NCBI GenBank assembly: GCA_030390025.1
Contig: CM059433.1
Span: 6,200,001 to 6,264,000, forward strand
Direction: 5' to 3'
DNA length: 64,000 bases
Origin: Squalus acanthias
Taxonomy: Eukaryota
The notes beneath the pieces are model-generated. The model was not told where the DNA came from, did no database searches, and saw nothing but the letters and a program-made list of their open reading frames with translations. A program made the translations under genes and the position numbers. This document shows positions 63,392 through 64,000 of the stretch, in pieces; the first letter of the stretch is position 1; every line of letters begins with the position of its first letter.

Positions 63392-64000
63392 GGGGGGAAA
63401 ATTCAGTTGGTTAGCGCCTCCCGTTAATGCCTCTGGGGGACGCTAACGGGGCACTAGGAACTTAGCGCCCGAGCGAGGTGATTTTAGCACCGCTCGCGAA
63501 ATTGACCAGTTGTTTTGCGGCGGCGCTAAACACTACCGCCACGATCTCCTGCGCCCGCAGATCGTGACGTCAGTTGAGCGTGCAACGCCCCAGTAGCACA
63601 CCAGACCGGATATTGAGTCGTGCCCCCTGCCTTAGCGCCTGCCACTAGGAACGACAGGTAGAGGGGAACATTTTCAAGTCGGGAAGTGGCTGGGGGAGTG
63701 CTATTTAAAGGCGGGCACTTCCTGCCTTTTCTTGTCGGCAAAATTTTTGGTACAAACAGGTTGAGAGGGAGAGAGACATCTGGAGAGATTTAACGCCCTC
63801 AGCACCACTTTTGAGGTTCCTAATCACCGAGCTCTTTCCCTGGGCCTATTCATTAGTGCTTCCAACACAATTGCTTTAGAGGTCTCTCCAGGCCGAGATT
63901 CAAGGCTGCAATGAGCAGGGTGTGGCTGGCCAGCAAGATGGCCCCTCCCCTTTAAGAACTGGACGGCGCCAGTCTGTCTGGCTTCCATGGTAACGGACAT
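63392..64000. mobile_element. GC-rich Harbinger-type element inserted in CR1, runs off the window
   Basis: Starts GGGGGGAAAATTC; homologous to the reverse complement of 15460-15605. Confidence 0.7.

Noticed and set aside
44436..64000. ODC1 coding exons expected from recalled synteny
   Set aside because: No ornithine decarboxylase-like peptide was recognised in the window

Overview
Eukaryotic, repeat-rich vertebrate genomic DNA. The repeat repertoire points to a cartilaginous fish (shark or ray); this is an inference. Bases 1-24.1 kb hold the last 8 coding exons of NOL10 on the + strand, with GT-AG introns, consistent phases and a stop at 24090-24092. The rest is intergenic and filled with CR1 and L2-group LINE fragments, tRNA-derived and Deu-type SINEs, and many PIF/Harbinger-type MITEs. 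It also holds two decayed two-gene Harbinger elements (spliced Myb/SANT gene convergent with a DDE transposase), a young near-intact Penelope retroelement plus several Penelope termini carrying minimal hammerhead ribozymes, and a 1.3-kb G-rich minisatellite. The most notable observations are: (i) a non-autonomous Harbinger that lost its catalytic core and gained a 135-bp inverted duplication, giving a 'killer'-like hairpin; (ii) Penelope fold-back mini-elements that turn at or next to the hammerhead; (iii) the same Trp lesions (TAG and CGG) in both diverged Myb copies; (iv) an orphan CpG-rich promoter-like island at about 44.3 kb; (v) a minisatellite apparently born from an L2 motif. No prokaryotic features, CRISPR arrays, rRNA or bona fide tRNA genes were seen. 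Repeat boundaries without TSDs are approximate.
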